Assembly: GCA_013265495.1 (NCBI GenBank)
Contig: MU058714.1
Coordinates: 310,001 to 374,000 of the forward strand
Source: Vicugna vicugna
Lineage: Eukaryota
DNA: 64,000 nucleotides
Direction of reading: 5' to 3'
Part shown: piece by piece, positions 11,400 through 23,294 of the stretch
How positions within the stretch are numbered: position 1 is the first letter of the stretch
How the letters are laid out: each line of letters starts with the position of its first letter
Program-made: the position numbers and the translations under genes
The notes under the pieces: generated by a model
The model's input: only the letters and a program-made list of their open reading frames with translations
Told to the model about the DNA's origin: nothing
Databases searched by the model: none

Positions 11400-12620
11400 T
11401 TTGTCCTGGAGCCCAGCAGGAGCACCCGCCGGTCATAAAACCCGACAACTGCCTGCGACGCGTCCCAGACACCTGCGGAACGCGCGGGTTCGTCTCCCCG
11501 GAGCAGGATCCTAAGGACCGCCGCCCTGCTGCGCCTTCACACCTCGCAGAAGTAAGTGCTTCGCGCACTGGACTCGCTGGGAGGCAAGACCGCAGGAATC
11601 GCTCGCTCCCCCACCCCACCCTAGGCTTGCAGAGAGCGGGAGAGAGGTCCCAGGTCCCCCAGGCAAGCAGGGGCACCGAGGAGGGCGGCGCATCCGGACC
11701 CCGGCCTGGGCGCTTCCCCGGACGCATCCCCAGCCTCCCACCGCCACGCGGGGCTGCAGGAGCATCTGTTGCCATGGTTACCCGATGCGTTCCTTGCAGC
11801 CTTAGCGGGAGGTTCCACTCCGCAGGCAGCGGTCCGCCGAGCCCGGAACCGGGGCGCAGGGAGGATCCGACGCGAACCCCGCGCGCCGCAAACGCACGCC
11901 GTGCACTGTCAAACGAAGCCTCCCACGCCGCGCGCGGCACGTGCCGCATCCCACCGCCACGCACACCACATACACACATACACACAAAACACACGCCACA
12001 CACGCACGCACACTCCACACGTGTTGCCCACACCGCATGCTCCTCCACGCTATACCACCTCATCCCATCCCAGCCACACACGGCATAAATACACGTGAAA
12101 CACGCACACACTCTCTCTCACCCTACACCCACTCAGGACCGGGCGCTGGAGGATAAGCGCTCGGAACCGGCCCGCTGCGGTCTCACGCCTCCGCACAGCC
12201 CGCAACCGGGTCGCACCCCGGTCCGCGCACGCGCGACAGGCTGGCCCGCCCCCTCGCCTTTGTGACCAGCGGGCCGCGAGTTCCCTCGCCCTCTCTGCAG
12301 CGCGACCTTGAGGGGTCACTTCAGGGGCGGGCACCCCAGGTTAGGGCGGTCAACGCGGCGGCCTAGGACCCCGACCCCTCATTCGGCCCGGAAGCGCCCT
12401 GGACCCTGCATCTCCGAGACTCCTGCGCCCGCGACGCCAGTGCGCCCCGGGCTGGGCGGATCCCGGCCGCTGGGGGGCGCGTTTCCAGGCAGAGCTTGAC
12501 AGGCGCTGAGCCCGCGGACCACCCCCGACCCCCGGGACCACAAGGACGCTTCCTAAGCCGGCTCCGAACCCCGATCGATTGCGACTCCGGAGGTTTCGCC
12601 TCCAACCCACGTGGCAGGAG
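11400..12620. promoter_or_regulatory. Orphan CpG island with RFX X-box
   Basis: Dense CpG and GC-rich sequence around an imperfect CA-rich core (11950-12120). GTTGCCATGGTTAC at 11768-11781. Confidence 0.7.
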
Positions 12621-13180
12621 GAAGTGGGAGGTGGGGAACCTCCAGGCAGCGGGGAGGACCTAGGCCACTCGCACACCCACCCCCAGAGCCAAGCAGGCGA
12701 GCTGCTAAGCCCCGGGATCTTTTCTATCTTAATCTGGTCAATTTTTTTCTTTTGTTTTTGGTGATAAATCGCTGTGGCTTTTGGCTTAAATCTCCAAAGT
12801 TCAAAAAGTGGAGCGACACAGCTCTAACAAAACTAGCCCATTACCACGTATAAATTTCATACAAACAAGTTTTCTCATACTTTGCATCAATAAAAATAAA
12901 AAACAGGGATGGGATTGATTCTGAACCATATCTTAGATAATAAGTAATATTCATCCAATGACACATGAACCATTTTAAAACACACAGTTCCATCCATCTT
13001 ATTAAGAGATGAATGCCAACAAAAATTTAACATGTATATCATAAATACATACCACAATTTTAATATATTTTGTTGGTTTGAGGAGTTGATTAATTGTATT
13101 AATCACTCAATCCAAAGTAATCTTTTTTAATACTGAGAGTCTTAGAGTCACAAGAAATAATACATTTTAAAATTTGATTA

Positions 13181-13310
13181 TGGGGGGCAATCAGTGGTAG
13201 AGCTGCATGGCTAGCATGCACGAGGCCCTGAGTTCAATCCCCAGTACCTCCATCAAAAAAACAAATAAATAAATAAACCTAATTATCTACCCCCTGCAAA
13301 AAAAAATTAC
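13181..13310 (+). mobile_element. tRNA-derived SINE (camelid Vic-1-like)
   Basis: tcagtggtagagc...ctagcatgcacgaggccctgagttcaatccccagtacctcc, A-rich tail and aaacctaatta. Confidence 0.8.
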
Positions 13311-14042
13311 AATAAAATAAAGTTAGATTACATACATGTTTTTTGTTGCAGAGACCTACGTTTGAGTGATTTAGTGAATTAGTTTCAAACATGAAAATGC
13401 TTATATTAAAATAAAATTCAGTGGAAGAAGTGAAACCAGACCCGTGGGTGGAAGAGATAAGGACCAAGAAGAATTTGTCCGTCTTTGGTATCGTGAGGTC
13501 ACATTGTTGCATAAATGACATTTCATTTGATGTATTTGGAAGAATTGCCCAAGGAAAGCTGGAGGCAGATGCATTTAGAAAAAGAAAGAAATTTTTCTTG
13601 CAAAGAGTGCAGAAGAGACAAATTCAGAAGAACTGGCTCACCAAATCCAAAATGCCATCAAGTATTTAAAGGGGGGGAAAAAATCATAAGAGACCCAAGG
13701 TCGCCAAACTCGCATTCATCTGTCCTGGGTGGGCCAGCAGCCACTTTCTCACGTGATGATCTAATTCCAAAAAGTCAGGACACGTGACAGAAAGAGTAAG
13801 GTCAGGGCTCAAGCTCCTGTTAGCCGGCAGAGCACAGGGTCACAGGGTCACAGGAAATAGGCAGGGTTTGATCATCTGGGGGCTCTAGTTTTGGTCTGTC
13901 TCAGGGTGCAAAGTGGTTTGCTGGGTTGGTTCGTTTTTGATGGAGGAACATGTGTTGCTCAGTGACATTGGGAGCAGGGCAAAATGTCAGATTTTGCTTC
14001 TGTAGAGTGAGGAGCCCTTATATTTTAAGGAGGTGAAATTTA

Positions 14043-14657
14043 CCACTCCTGGGCATATATCCTGAGGAAACTCTAACTGGAAGAGATAAATGCACCCTGA
14101 TGTTCACAGCAGCACTGTTCACAACAGCCAAGACACGGAAGTGACCAAAATGTCCATCGACAGGTGACTGGATAAAGAAGTTGTGAGACAGATATGTATA
14201 GATAGATAGATAGATATGAATAAATTAAATAATGCCATTTGCAGCAACATGGATAGACCTAAAGATTATCGCATTAGGTGAAGTAAGTGAGGCAGAGAAA
14301 GACAAGTATCATATGATATCACTTATATGTGGAATCTTAAAAAAAATGGTACAAACTTATGTACAAACCAGAAATAGACTCACAGACATAGAAAACAAAC
14401 TGTGTTACCAAAGGGGAAAGGAGTGAGAGGGAGGGATAAATTAGGAGTTTGGTATTAACATATACACACTACTATATACATTAAACAAGGACCTACTGTA
14501 AGCACAGGGAACTATATTCAATCTCTTGTAATAACCTGTAATGGAAAAGAGTCTGAAAAAAGTGCTATATATGTATCACTTTGCTATACACCTGAAACAA
14601 ACATAACATTGTAAATTAACTATACTTCAATAAGAATAAATTAATTTTTAAAAATCA
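14043..14657 (+). mobile_element. 5'-truncated L1 LINE with 7-bp target-site duplication
   Basis: L1 ORF2 end and 3' UTR (atgccatttgcagcaacatggatagacc...ctatacttcaat). AAATTTA direct repeat at 14036-14042 and 14658-14664. Confidence 0.85.
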
Positions 14658-14929
14658 AAATTTATAATACACTGGAAATCACATCCTTTGCAACCTTGTG
14701 ACCTTCATGATGAAAAACAATAGCTACCAACCTTAAAAGGCACCAAAGGGGTATGATTTTTCCAAATTCTTTTAGGAGTTATGTGGATAAAGCAACTTGA
14801 AGGCCATTGACCTAGTTCCACTCCCTCCTGGACAGAGCAGGAAGCTGAGGCTGAGAGGAGAGAGATTTGTCCACTGTTGCACAGGGTGGTGGTAAAACTT
14901 GAGGGAGGCTGTGCCCTTGACCAAGGAGC

Positions 14930-15680
14930 ACAAGGAGAGATGCTCAATGTCGCCGTCATCACAGAAACGAAATTCAAAATCACAGTGAGATGCCGCTTCA
15001 CCCACAGAATGACTAATTTTTTTTTAAAGTGGTGGAGAGGATGTGGAAACGCTGGGGCCCTCAGATATTGTTGGTGGGAAGGTAAAATGGTGCAGCCGCT
15101 GAGGAAAACAGTTTGCTGGCTCCTCAATAAGTTAAATACGGAATTACCACATGACCCAGCAATTCCACTCCTGGGTCTACACCCCCAAAGAACTGAAAAC
15201 AAGTGTCCAAACAAAAACTTGTACACGAATGCTCATAGCAGCATTCTTGACAAGAGCCAAAAGGTGGAAACGGCTCGAATGTCCATCAACAGAAGAATGG
15301 ACAAATGAAATGTCATGTACCCACACAATGAAACAGCATCCAGCCGAAAAAGGAGTGAGGCGCTGACCTTGAAAACATGCTCAGTGAAAGAAGCCAGACA
15401 CAAAGGGCCACGCAGTAGATGATTCCATTATATGAAATTTCCAGAATAGGCACATCCTTGGAGACAGAAAGTAGTTAGGTGTTGCCAGGGGCGAGGGTAG
15501 GGAGGGATGGGGGAGTGACTGCTTCATGGGTACAGATACCATACCGTTTTGGGGTGATGAGAATGTTCTGGATGGTTGCACAACACTGTGAGCGATCTAA
15601 ACTCCACTGATTTATACACTTAGGATAGTTAAAATGGTAAGTTTTATGTTATGTGTGTTTTAGCACCATTTTTTAAAAGA
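14930..15680 (+). mobile_element. Old L1M (L1MB-like) 3' fragment
   Basis: gacccagcaattccactcctggg; ctcagtgaaagaagccagacacaaagg; ggggtgatgagaatgttctgga. Confidence 0.85.
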
Positions 15681-16356
15681 CAGATTCTGGGGTACCACCA
15701 AAAGAAAAAGAAAGCAGGGAGGCCATAGAGTGGCCATGCTTCAGGCCACGAAGTCTCACCAGGAGGAACCAGTTTGCTTAGCCGGCTTCCCACCAAGTGG
15801 TCCCGGTCCTGTGCTTGGCTAATAAATGCTGCTGTGGGGACCCACAGGGGAGCCAGGAGGGGCAGCTTGGGGTGTCCCCGCTCAGGAGGGCCACTCAACT
15901 CTCTGAGCCAGAGCCCGGCTGGAGCCCCGATTCCTCGCTGAGAGAAGCTCGGGGAAGGTGGACAAGGTTGCTCCAGGGAACACCAGAAATTCCTCCCCAA
16001 GGCCACTCTGGGCTCCAGCTGCGGGATGTCAGCTAAATCCCAGTGAACTGACTCCTGGTGGCTCAACATGAAAAATGGCACTTTTCAATCATCAGGTTCA
16101 AGCCACCATCAGATCGCTTTTGTTTTCTTAAACAGGGCCCTCCTTAACAGATACCTCCCAACTTCTTAATAAGAAAATGCAGGTTGATGTCTTCCCATCT
16201 GGAATTAATTAGGGAGGTGGTTCTTTCAACGGCAGCTCCTTGGGAGAAACCGTGCTGGAGGACAAACGCAGGGGCCAGCCGCGTTGAACGCCGCAGAGAG
16301 AACCGGTCTGGGAGACCAGTGTTTTACATGGAAGCTTCACCTAAACAAACAAGTCA

Positions 16357-16735
16357 GGGGCACCAAACAACCCACATTTATTCTCACACAGCCCTGGAGG
16401 CCAGACGTCTGGCATCAGGTGTCAGCAGAGCTCCCTCCGTAAGGCTCTGGGGGAAAAGGCTCCCTTGCTCCGTCCAGCTCCTGGGGGCTGCCAGCAACTT
16501 CTGGCTTGTGGCCACTCACTCTGACCTCTGCCTCATCATCACGTGGACTTCCCTTCTGTCTGTGTCTCTCCTCTTCGGTCTCTTACAAGGACACTTGTCA
16601 CTGGCATAGGGCCCACTCGGTTCATCCAGGATGACCCCATCCCCAGGTCCCTAACTATATCTCCAGACACTCTTTTCCCACAAAAGGTCACATTCAGAGC
16701 TACTGAGGGTTAGGACTGGAACACATCTTTTTAGG
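16357..16735 (-). mobile_element. MLT1-type LTR
   Basis: catttattctcacagccctggaggccaga...aaggtcacattcagagctactgagggttaggac. Confidence 0.75.
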
Positions 16736-17397
16736 TTTGGGGTTTTGTTTGAACCCATCTTTTTGGAGACTGCCAGGAGCCCACGACACCTACTTACTTT
16801 ATCCATGTACCAGCTTTGCCGCGGGGAGATCAGGTATCGTTATCCAGATGGACTACAGCCCATTAACAGGGACAGAGCGACACCTGGAACCTAGCAGACC
16901 CCAGGTCACCTGGAAGACCCAGCAGGAACCCGAAACGAGCGAAAGGCTGGCTTATTTCATAACACGAAACAAGTCCTCTGGGCTCACTGCCCACAGACCT
17001 ACCCCGTGTGCATGTTCAATAAGCAGGAATAATAATAATAATAATTCAGTAAGCATGGAGACCTCTCCACCTGGTTTCCATTTTCCACTTTCCACAGAGA
17101 CACAGGTAATGGAAATATTTTGCTTTTTCCTAACTCGACTATGAGAGAAACAACAGTGTAAGCACAATACTATACAGCGGTCCACCTCTGGTCTCAGGGT
17201 CCGAATGACACTGTCCCAGGACCAGGAGCAGCTCCGGTCCCCGACCTTGGGGAGAGGAATGGGGAGTTAGTGTTTAATGGGCAGAGTTTTAATTTGGGAA
17301 GATGAAAAGTTCTGGAGATGGCCGGTGGTGATGTTTGCACAACAATGTGAATGTAATTAATGCCATGGAACTGTCCATGTAAAAGTAATCTAAAAGA

Positions 17398-17520
17398 GGG
17401 GAGGGCATAGCTCAGTGGTAGAGCACGTGCTTACCATGCAGGAAGTCCTGGGTTCAGTCCCTAGTACCTCCTTTAAATAAATGAATAAACCTAATTACCC
17501 CCAAAAATATTAAAAACAAA
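17398..17520 (+). mobile_element. tRNA-derived SINE (camelid Vic-1-like) nested in an L1M 3' UTR fragment (about 17235-17595)
   Basis: ggggagggcatagctcagtggtagagcacgtgctt...ctgggttcagtccctagtacctcc, with A and B boxes. Confidence 0.85.
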
Positions 17521-19049
17521 AGATTTTTTTAATGGTTAAAGGGATAAATTTTATATTATGTACATCTGACTACAACTTAAAGTTTTATAAAAGACCCAGT
17601 TTGGACCACACATCACATCTGGCTGCCAAATGAAGCCCACTGACTGCCAGTCTGGGGGTGGGCAAAGTTCCCTGATGGCAGTAACCTTTGTTCCCAGGGG
17701 TTCCCCCAGCACCCAGCCCATGACATGTCTCCTGGTAGGCTTCACAAACGTCACTTGTGTTGACTTTTCAACAGTGTCTGTAATATACATGATACAAAGG
17801 AACTGTGAACACAGAATTGTGTGAGCCTGCACACACACACATACATGCACGCACACACGCGCACGCACAGAGGAGTGGGTTGGAAAGGGGGTGTGTCCAA
17901 GATAACCTAACACCACCTACTTCGCTCCATGAAGAAGCCAGACAGCTTGCAACCCGTGGTGATCTGGACGTTAAAACATTTCTCTCGGATTACGTAAAAA
18001 CATTTCATTTCGCAGCAGAATGAGAAAGGATGTTGAGGGATGCTCGGAGCCAGAGAATTAATTGGGAGGATGTGGAAAGTAACCAGGTCATCCCAAAGCG
18101 GCTGTGGGGAAAGGCTTCAGCATTTTCAAGTTTAAATTGCAAAGCCACCTGGAAGCAGATGGGGGAAGCTTCTCTGTGCAGGATAAAGAACAGGCAAAAC
18201 GCCCAGTCAAATACAGTTTTTGCAAGGTCTTCAGCTTGAAACACAAGGTGCTTAAAAAGCCTGGCTTTGGCAGCCGAGACCTGGCCACCCCAGCCTAGAA
18301 CACAGACATCAAAGACTCTGGAGAAGGGAGGTGGAGTGTGCCTCACTGTCACCCCCACTCACCTGTGGGGACAACAAGCATGGACAAGGACCAACAATCA
18401 CAGCCAATGCATCTCTCGTTCCAAAACTGGATCCTTTATATTTATCATGAATCCTCCCAGCCCACCAATCTCCCCTTTCTCCCTCCTCAGCTTCAAAGTC
18501 CAGACATAACCTCATCACCCACGTTCCATCAGCTATTTAATAAGACCCTACAAGGCCCAAGCTCTGCCTTCCAGACAGAATCCCTGCAGCCCTGCCCCGA
18601 GCTCCGTCCTGCCCTCAGCCAGGGAGGCTGGCGCAAACCCTGGCAGCCCCTCCATCCCACCTCTACTGGTTGCAAGGAGCTTCGGGTTAGGAAGGCTTCT
18701 GAGGCCCAGTCTAAGCTCAGAGGGAAAGTGCGCTGCGGTCAGTTGGTGAAGTCAGCCCTGGAAACAGGATGCGAAGTGATGGCGCCTCCCAGCTCTGGGT
18801 TTGTTTCGTTCCAAAGCACTCACCAAAATCAAACTTAAACCCGCCATTTTGATACTGTGTGATCAAGGTATGTAAGCAAAGGAAGAGTGTGATCGGCCAG
18901 CTGAGTTTCAAAACTAACATCAGTAGAACTTCCTGTGTTTTGCTGTAGGTGTAAAATTATTTTTTTCCATGCTTTTCAACTACAAGGTCCTAATTTCTTC
19001 AATACGCAAAAAGTGATTACAAATATAATTTTTAAAAGATGAATGAGGT

Positions 19050-19775
19050 AATAGAAAATGGGTAAAGAATTTGAATGGAATGTTTGGACAGTTCTCAAAA
19101 AAGAAATACACCGATGGCCAACAGACCCAAGAGGGGGAGCTTAGTCCCACTCGAGGCTGAAGAAATGGGAAGCAAAGGGAAATGTCACTTCTTTAGGGCA
19201 TCTATTTTGAAGTTGGATGAAAAGCCTAAGGAACTCTCGCCTAAGGCTGGTGGGCGTGGGCATCGGTGAAAATTTCTGGGCGAACAATTTGGCTTCAACC
19301 ATCAAAATTTAAGATGGCTTGTGTCCTTCGACCCACACAGTTCACAGTTTGCTGAGATACTCCACGTGAGGAGGTTATGGCAGCATTATTTGTGATGTTT
19401 AACACTGAAAGCTACCCAAATTCCATCAGCAAGACGGTGAGTAAATTCGTGGTGCAGACATTCAGTGGAATACCACTCAACAATAAAAGTGAAGGATCTG
19501 AACCTCGCAGACTAATGCTGAGTGAAGTAAGCCAGACAGAAAAGGGGACACACTGAATGACTCTATTTACGTGAAATCCTAAAGCAGCCCAACTGGTCTA
19601 GGGGTTGGAAGTCAGAATAGAAGTGACTTCCTGGGGCGCCCGGGGGCCCCTCACCGTGGAATCCTTTGCCTCCATCTGAGTGGTCATTACACAAACATAC
19701 ACATAATGTGAAAATATACTGAGCTATTTCCTTAAGATCTGCACTCTTTATTATGTTAAGTTACATCTCAATTTT
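19050..19775 (+). mobile_element. Degraded L1ME-like fragment
   Basis: gcagcattatttgt; ctaatgctgagtgaagtaagccagacagaaaag; atgttaagttacatctcaat. Confidence 0.65.
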
Positions 19776-21290
19776 ACAAGCTACTTCTGCTGGGAGCATA
19801 TGTTACTTCATACATACAAAAAAAACCCACAATATATTAAATATACCAAAAAAGATAAGCTATAAATATATTTTTTACCATGACTATGTATTGCTTGTAT
19901 ATGTATATGTGGAAAACACAATATATAAAAATACATTTAAGATACCTCAAGTACATATTTAAAACACAAAATAAAAACAGAGCTTTTATGGTGAGCATCT
20001 ATTACTTTGATATATAGGGAAAACACAATATGTAAGGAAAATATAAGACCAGACTCTTAAAAGACTAGATCTCCCCCACCCCTCGACGTGCAAACCGGCT
20101 CTCCCTTGCGGCCAGCCTGGGAGGTAGCCGCACCCCTCCCCAGCCCGCCCGCCCCACTCCTCCATCTCACCTCCCCTCCTGGCACTTGGCCACCAGCTTC
20201 AAGGCAAGAGACATTTCTAAATACTTGCACCTGAGAAATCGGGAGATCAAAAGGAATTCTTGCCTGTGTTCTGGGGGCCTTGTCCAGGGGCAGGCCTCGG
20301 CCAGCGTGTAACTCCATCTCCAGCCACGCAACTTTGCGTGGCCAGAGACGGAGGGAGAGGGCTCTGGGGGGTTCCTGGGCGGCTTCCAGCACATCGGGGG
20401 CGGTTTCCTGCAGTTGGCTACAGTGGGAACTGCAGGAGAGCTCAGGATGAATCCAGGCAAGACCCCAGCTGCGCCAAGACAAAAATGATATTCCTGGCTG
20501 CTGGCTTTACAGCTGCCAAGGCAGTCCCCCTGGGGCCGGGGAGAAGGAGGCGCCCACAGCTGCGCTCCAGGCGATGCCGCAGCCCCCGGGCACCTGCGTG
20601 GATAGCCAGGAAGGTGGGGCCTGGGTGGTGGTGCGAAGTGCACAGCGCTTCCTTTCCCTGAGGCCGTCTTATGGGTCAGATAATCAGTGGGTCTGCGACG
20701 CTGATCCAGAAAGAGGAAAAAGGAAACAAGCAGACATTCTCTACGGGAACAGCTCAGCTCTCTTCCCAGGACGGAGCTTCTGGGCTCCCGCTGCCACCAG
20801 ATGCTGCCTAACTCCCTCCTAAGTGAAACCACCAGTGTCTCCCAGCTCAGGAACAAGCACCAGGAAGATGCGGACCACTTGGCACTTTGTCATCTGCTGC
20901 ATCTTTCAGCAGGAGGCCAGATCATCTGTATACCCCAGGCCGTAAGCATCTCATCTTTTCAAAGGAGGGGAAGCTGAGACACGCATTCCCAAAGACACAC
21001 ATGGCGGCTGAGGGGCCACGGTGGCCCTGCACATTCCCATGCCCTGGAAGCCAGGCCCAGCCTGGACAGGCGGCCCAGGTGCCAGCGAAAGCCGGACAGC
21101 AGACAGGCAGAAGCGAAAGCTGAGACACAGAAATGTTAGAAGCCGGAAATAACATCAGGGCCAGAGCTGTCTCACATGTTTTGACTTGAGTTTAAGAAAC
21201 ACGGTGGATGTGTCCAGTGCCAGGGCAACCAGCTCCCATCATTTGCTCAGGATTCTCCCAGTTTCAGCACTGAAAGGCCCTCACATGGGC

Positions 21291-21715
21291 CGTGTACATT
21301 TCCTGGGGCCACCACAACAAATTACCACACTCGGCAGGGCTTCAGACAACAGAAATCTATTGTTCTGGAGGCCAGAATTCTGAAATCAAGGTTGGCAGGT
21401 TGGCTTTTCCTGGAGGCTGAGAGAGGGTCCATCTGTGCCTCTCCCAGCTCTGGGTTCCCCAGCTGTCCTGGGCTGGTAGACACAGCACTCCAGACTTTGC
21501 CTGCCGGCAAACAGCCTTCTCCCTGTGTCTGTGTCTCAAATACCCCTCTCCTTCCTCATGTAAGGACAGCTGACATCGGGCTCAAATCCAAGGTGATCTC
21601 ATCTTGAAATCCTTGACTTAATCACATCTGCAAAGACCCCTTTCCCAAATAAGGTCACAGTCACAGGTCCCCGGGATGAGGACTTGGACACATGGGGGAC
21701 AGGATTCAAACAACT
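21291..21715 (-). mobile_element. MLT1-type LTR
   Basis: acaacaaattaccacac...cttaatcacatctgcaaagacccctttcccaaataaggtcacagtcacagg. Confidence 0.85.
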
Positions 21716-22372
21716 ACCGAGAAAGCCCTCAGTCTCAGAGAAACCAGGGCAGTGGACGCCTACCCCACTCCGGCTGCTTCTTCGATCCACACTGCTGTGT
21801 GCCCGGCTCAGAGCAGACCTTTCCAGGAGGCAGGGAAGGTGGGAGGGGCCCTGCCCCAGCCCTGTGCTCGCTTCAGGGAGTGGACACCCTGCCACCGTCA
21901 CTGGGCAGGGCCTGTGTGGCCAGTCCCTGGGCAGAAGTCTCTCCAACTGCCTGACATGCATTTTACTATTTTCTGCTCTGTGTCTTCACCTCGACAAGTT
22001 AGTTTTTGGAGCAGGTATGTGATAACAACGACATCCAACAATTACTGACAGGCAGCTCACTCTCAGCTCTGACGTCACCCCACCACATCCACTACCAAAT
22101 CCCTCCCAGCTCAGGGCAAACTCTGAAGCTGAACCCAGGTGTGCCGGCCCCCAGAGGCCCAGGCCTCACCGCAGCCTCCACGCGAGCACTAAGCTCATTT
22201 CCTGCAAGTGGTTCCCACTCTCAAAGGCCTGACGGTGGAGCCCTGCCGGCCGGCTAGGTGCTTCAGCCTTTCCAAGAAGGTTCGGAGGGTATCCGGAGGA
22301 GAAGCCGTCCGCCCTGGCCCTGGGCAGGTTTCCATGAAACAAGATTCACTGAGCATTCTCAATCAACCACAG

Positions 22373-22709
22373 TGCTGTAGGCTGAATGCCTGTGGCCCCA
22401 CAAATTTATATGTTGAAACTCTAACCCCCGATGTGATGGCATTAGGAGGGGGGCCTTTGGGGAGGTAATTAGGCCATGAATGAGGTTAGTGGGCTCACAT
22501 AAAAGACCCTGGGGCCCCCTCAGCCCCTCGCCACCATGTGAGGATACAACAGGAAGTCTGCAGGTTGGAACCCAGAACAGGTCCCTCACCAGAACCCTGG
22601 AACCGGGTATGGACTCCCGGCCTCCACAACTGTGAGAAACAAACGTCTGTAGTTTATAAGACGCCTGATCTGCAGTGTTCTGTTACAGCAGCCCAGCTGG
22701 ACGAAGACA
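22373..22709 (+). mobile_element. MLT1A/B-type LTR
   Basis: tgctgtaggctgaatg...tgtgatggcattaggagg...aactgtgagaaac...ttctgttacagcagccc. Confidence 0.85.
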
Positions 22710-22858
22710 GCCAGTCACCTACACGTGTTTCCCAGCTGCCTCTCTGATCAGTCCCTGCTTCACCACCACCTCCCGTGGCCTGTAAGAGAAACGCGCAGAG
22801 CTCAGAACGAGCACCACCACACGGCACCCAAAGAGGCTGAACCAGGGACCATGAATCA

Positions 22859-23010
22859 GGGGCCCGCCAGGGGGAGGGGCCCGCCAGGGGGTGGAGCCCA
22901 CCAGGAGAAGGAGCCTGCTGAGAAGGTGGAGCCCACCCAGGGGAGGAGCCCGCCCAGGGGAGGAGCCCGCCCAGGGGAGGAGCCCGCCCGGGGGAGGAGC
23001 CCACCGAGGA
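22859..23010 (+). repeat. 17-bp G-rich minisatellite
   Basis: About 9 imperfect copies of AGGGGAGGAGCCCGCCC, the last few nearly perfect. Confidence 0.85.
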
Positions 23011-23294
23011 GGTGGCTGGAGCCCGACGGGGTCAGGAGCCCTGACCTACCCCAGGCACCCAGGGTCTGGAGACAGGACCAGAGCAGACAGCACTGTCTCC
23101 ATGAGTGTATCCTCCGAGGCTGGGCAGACCCCTAAGTCCAGAACAGCAAACAGGAGTCAGAAAGAGAGAAAGCAGGTGCATCAGGAGCCCCTGGAGGCAC
23201 CCACCCAGGGTTACCTGATTTTCACATTTTTCAAGAGATGACAAAATGTTGAACTTCAGAACTTTTTAAAAGTTCAGCTCCAATCAAAAAGAAC

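Noticed and set aside
13421..13669. Plus-strand 82-aa ORF, or a hAT transposon, at 12700-13800
   Set aside because: I found no terminal inverted repeats or transposase motif. The minus strand gives spliceable exons in a consistent frame, although a repeat search is still needed.
14232..15366. ORFs such as MPFAATWIDLKII and ELPHDPAIPLLG
   Set aside because: These are L1 ORF2 C-terminal and 3' UTR remnants, not host genes.
17398..17470. tRNA gene-like sequence with A and B boxes (also 13181 and 26987)
   Set aside because: Each is followed by a SINE body and A-rich tail and is multi-copy and diverged, so these are SINEs rather than tRNA genes.
22170..22335. ATG at 22335 as the start codon of a stand-alone cGAS-like gene
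   Set aside because: Exon-like segments continue upstream (22779, 23131, 23277, 28375) and no promoter features are present, so it is more likely an internal exon.
22859..23010. Possible CRISPR-like array
   Set aside because: Eukaryotic DNA with tandem units and no unique spacers, so it is a minisatellite.
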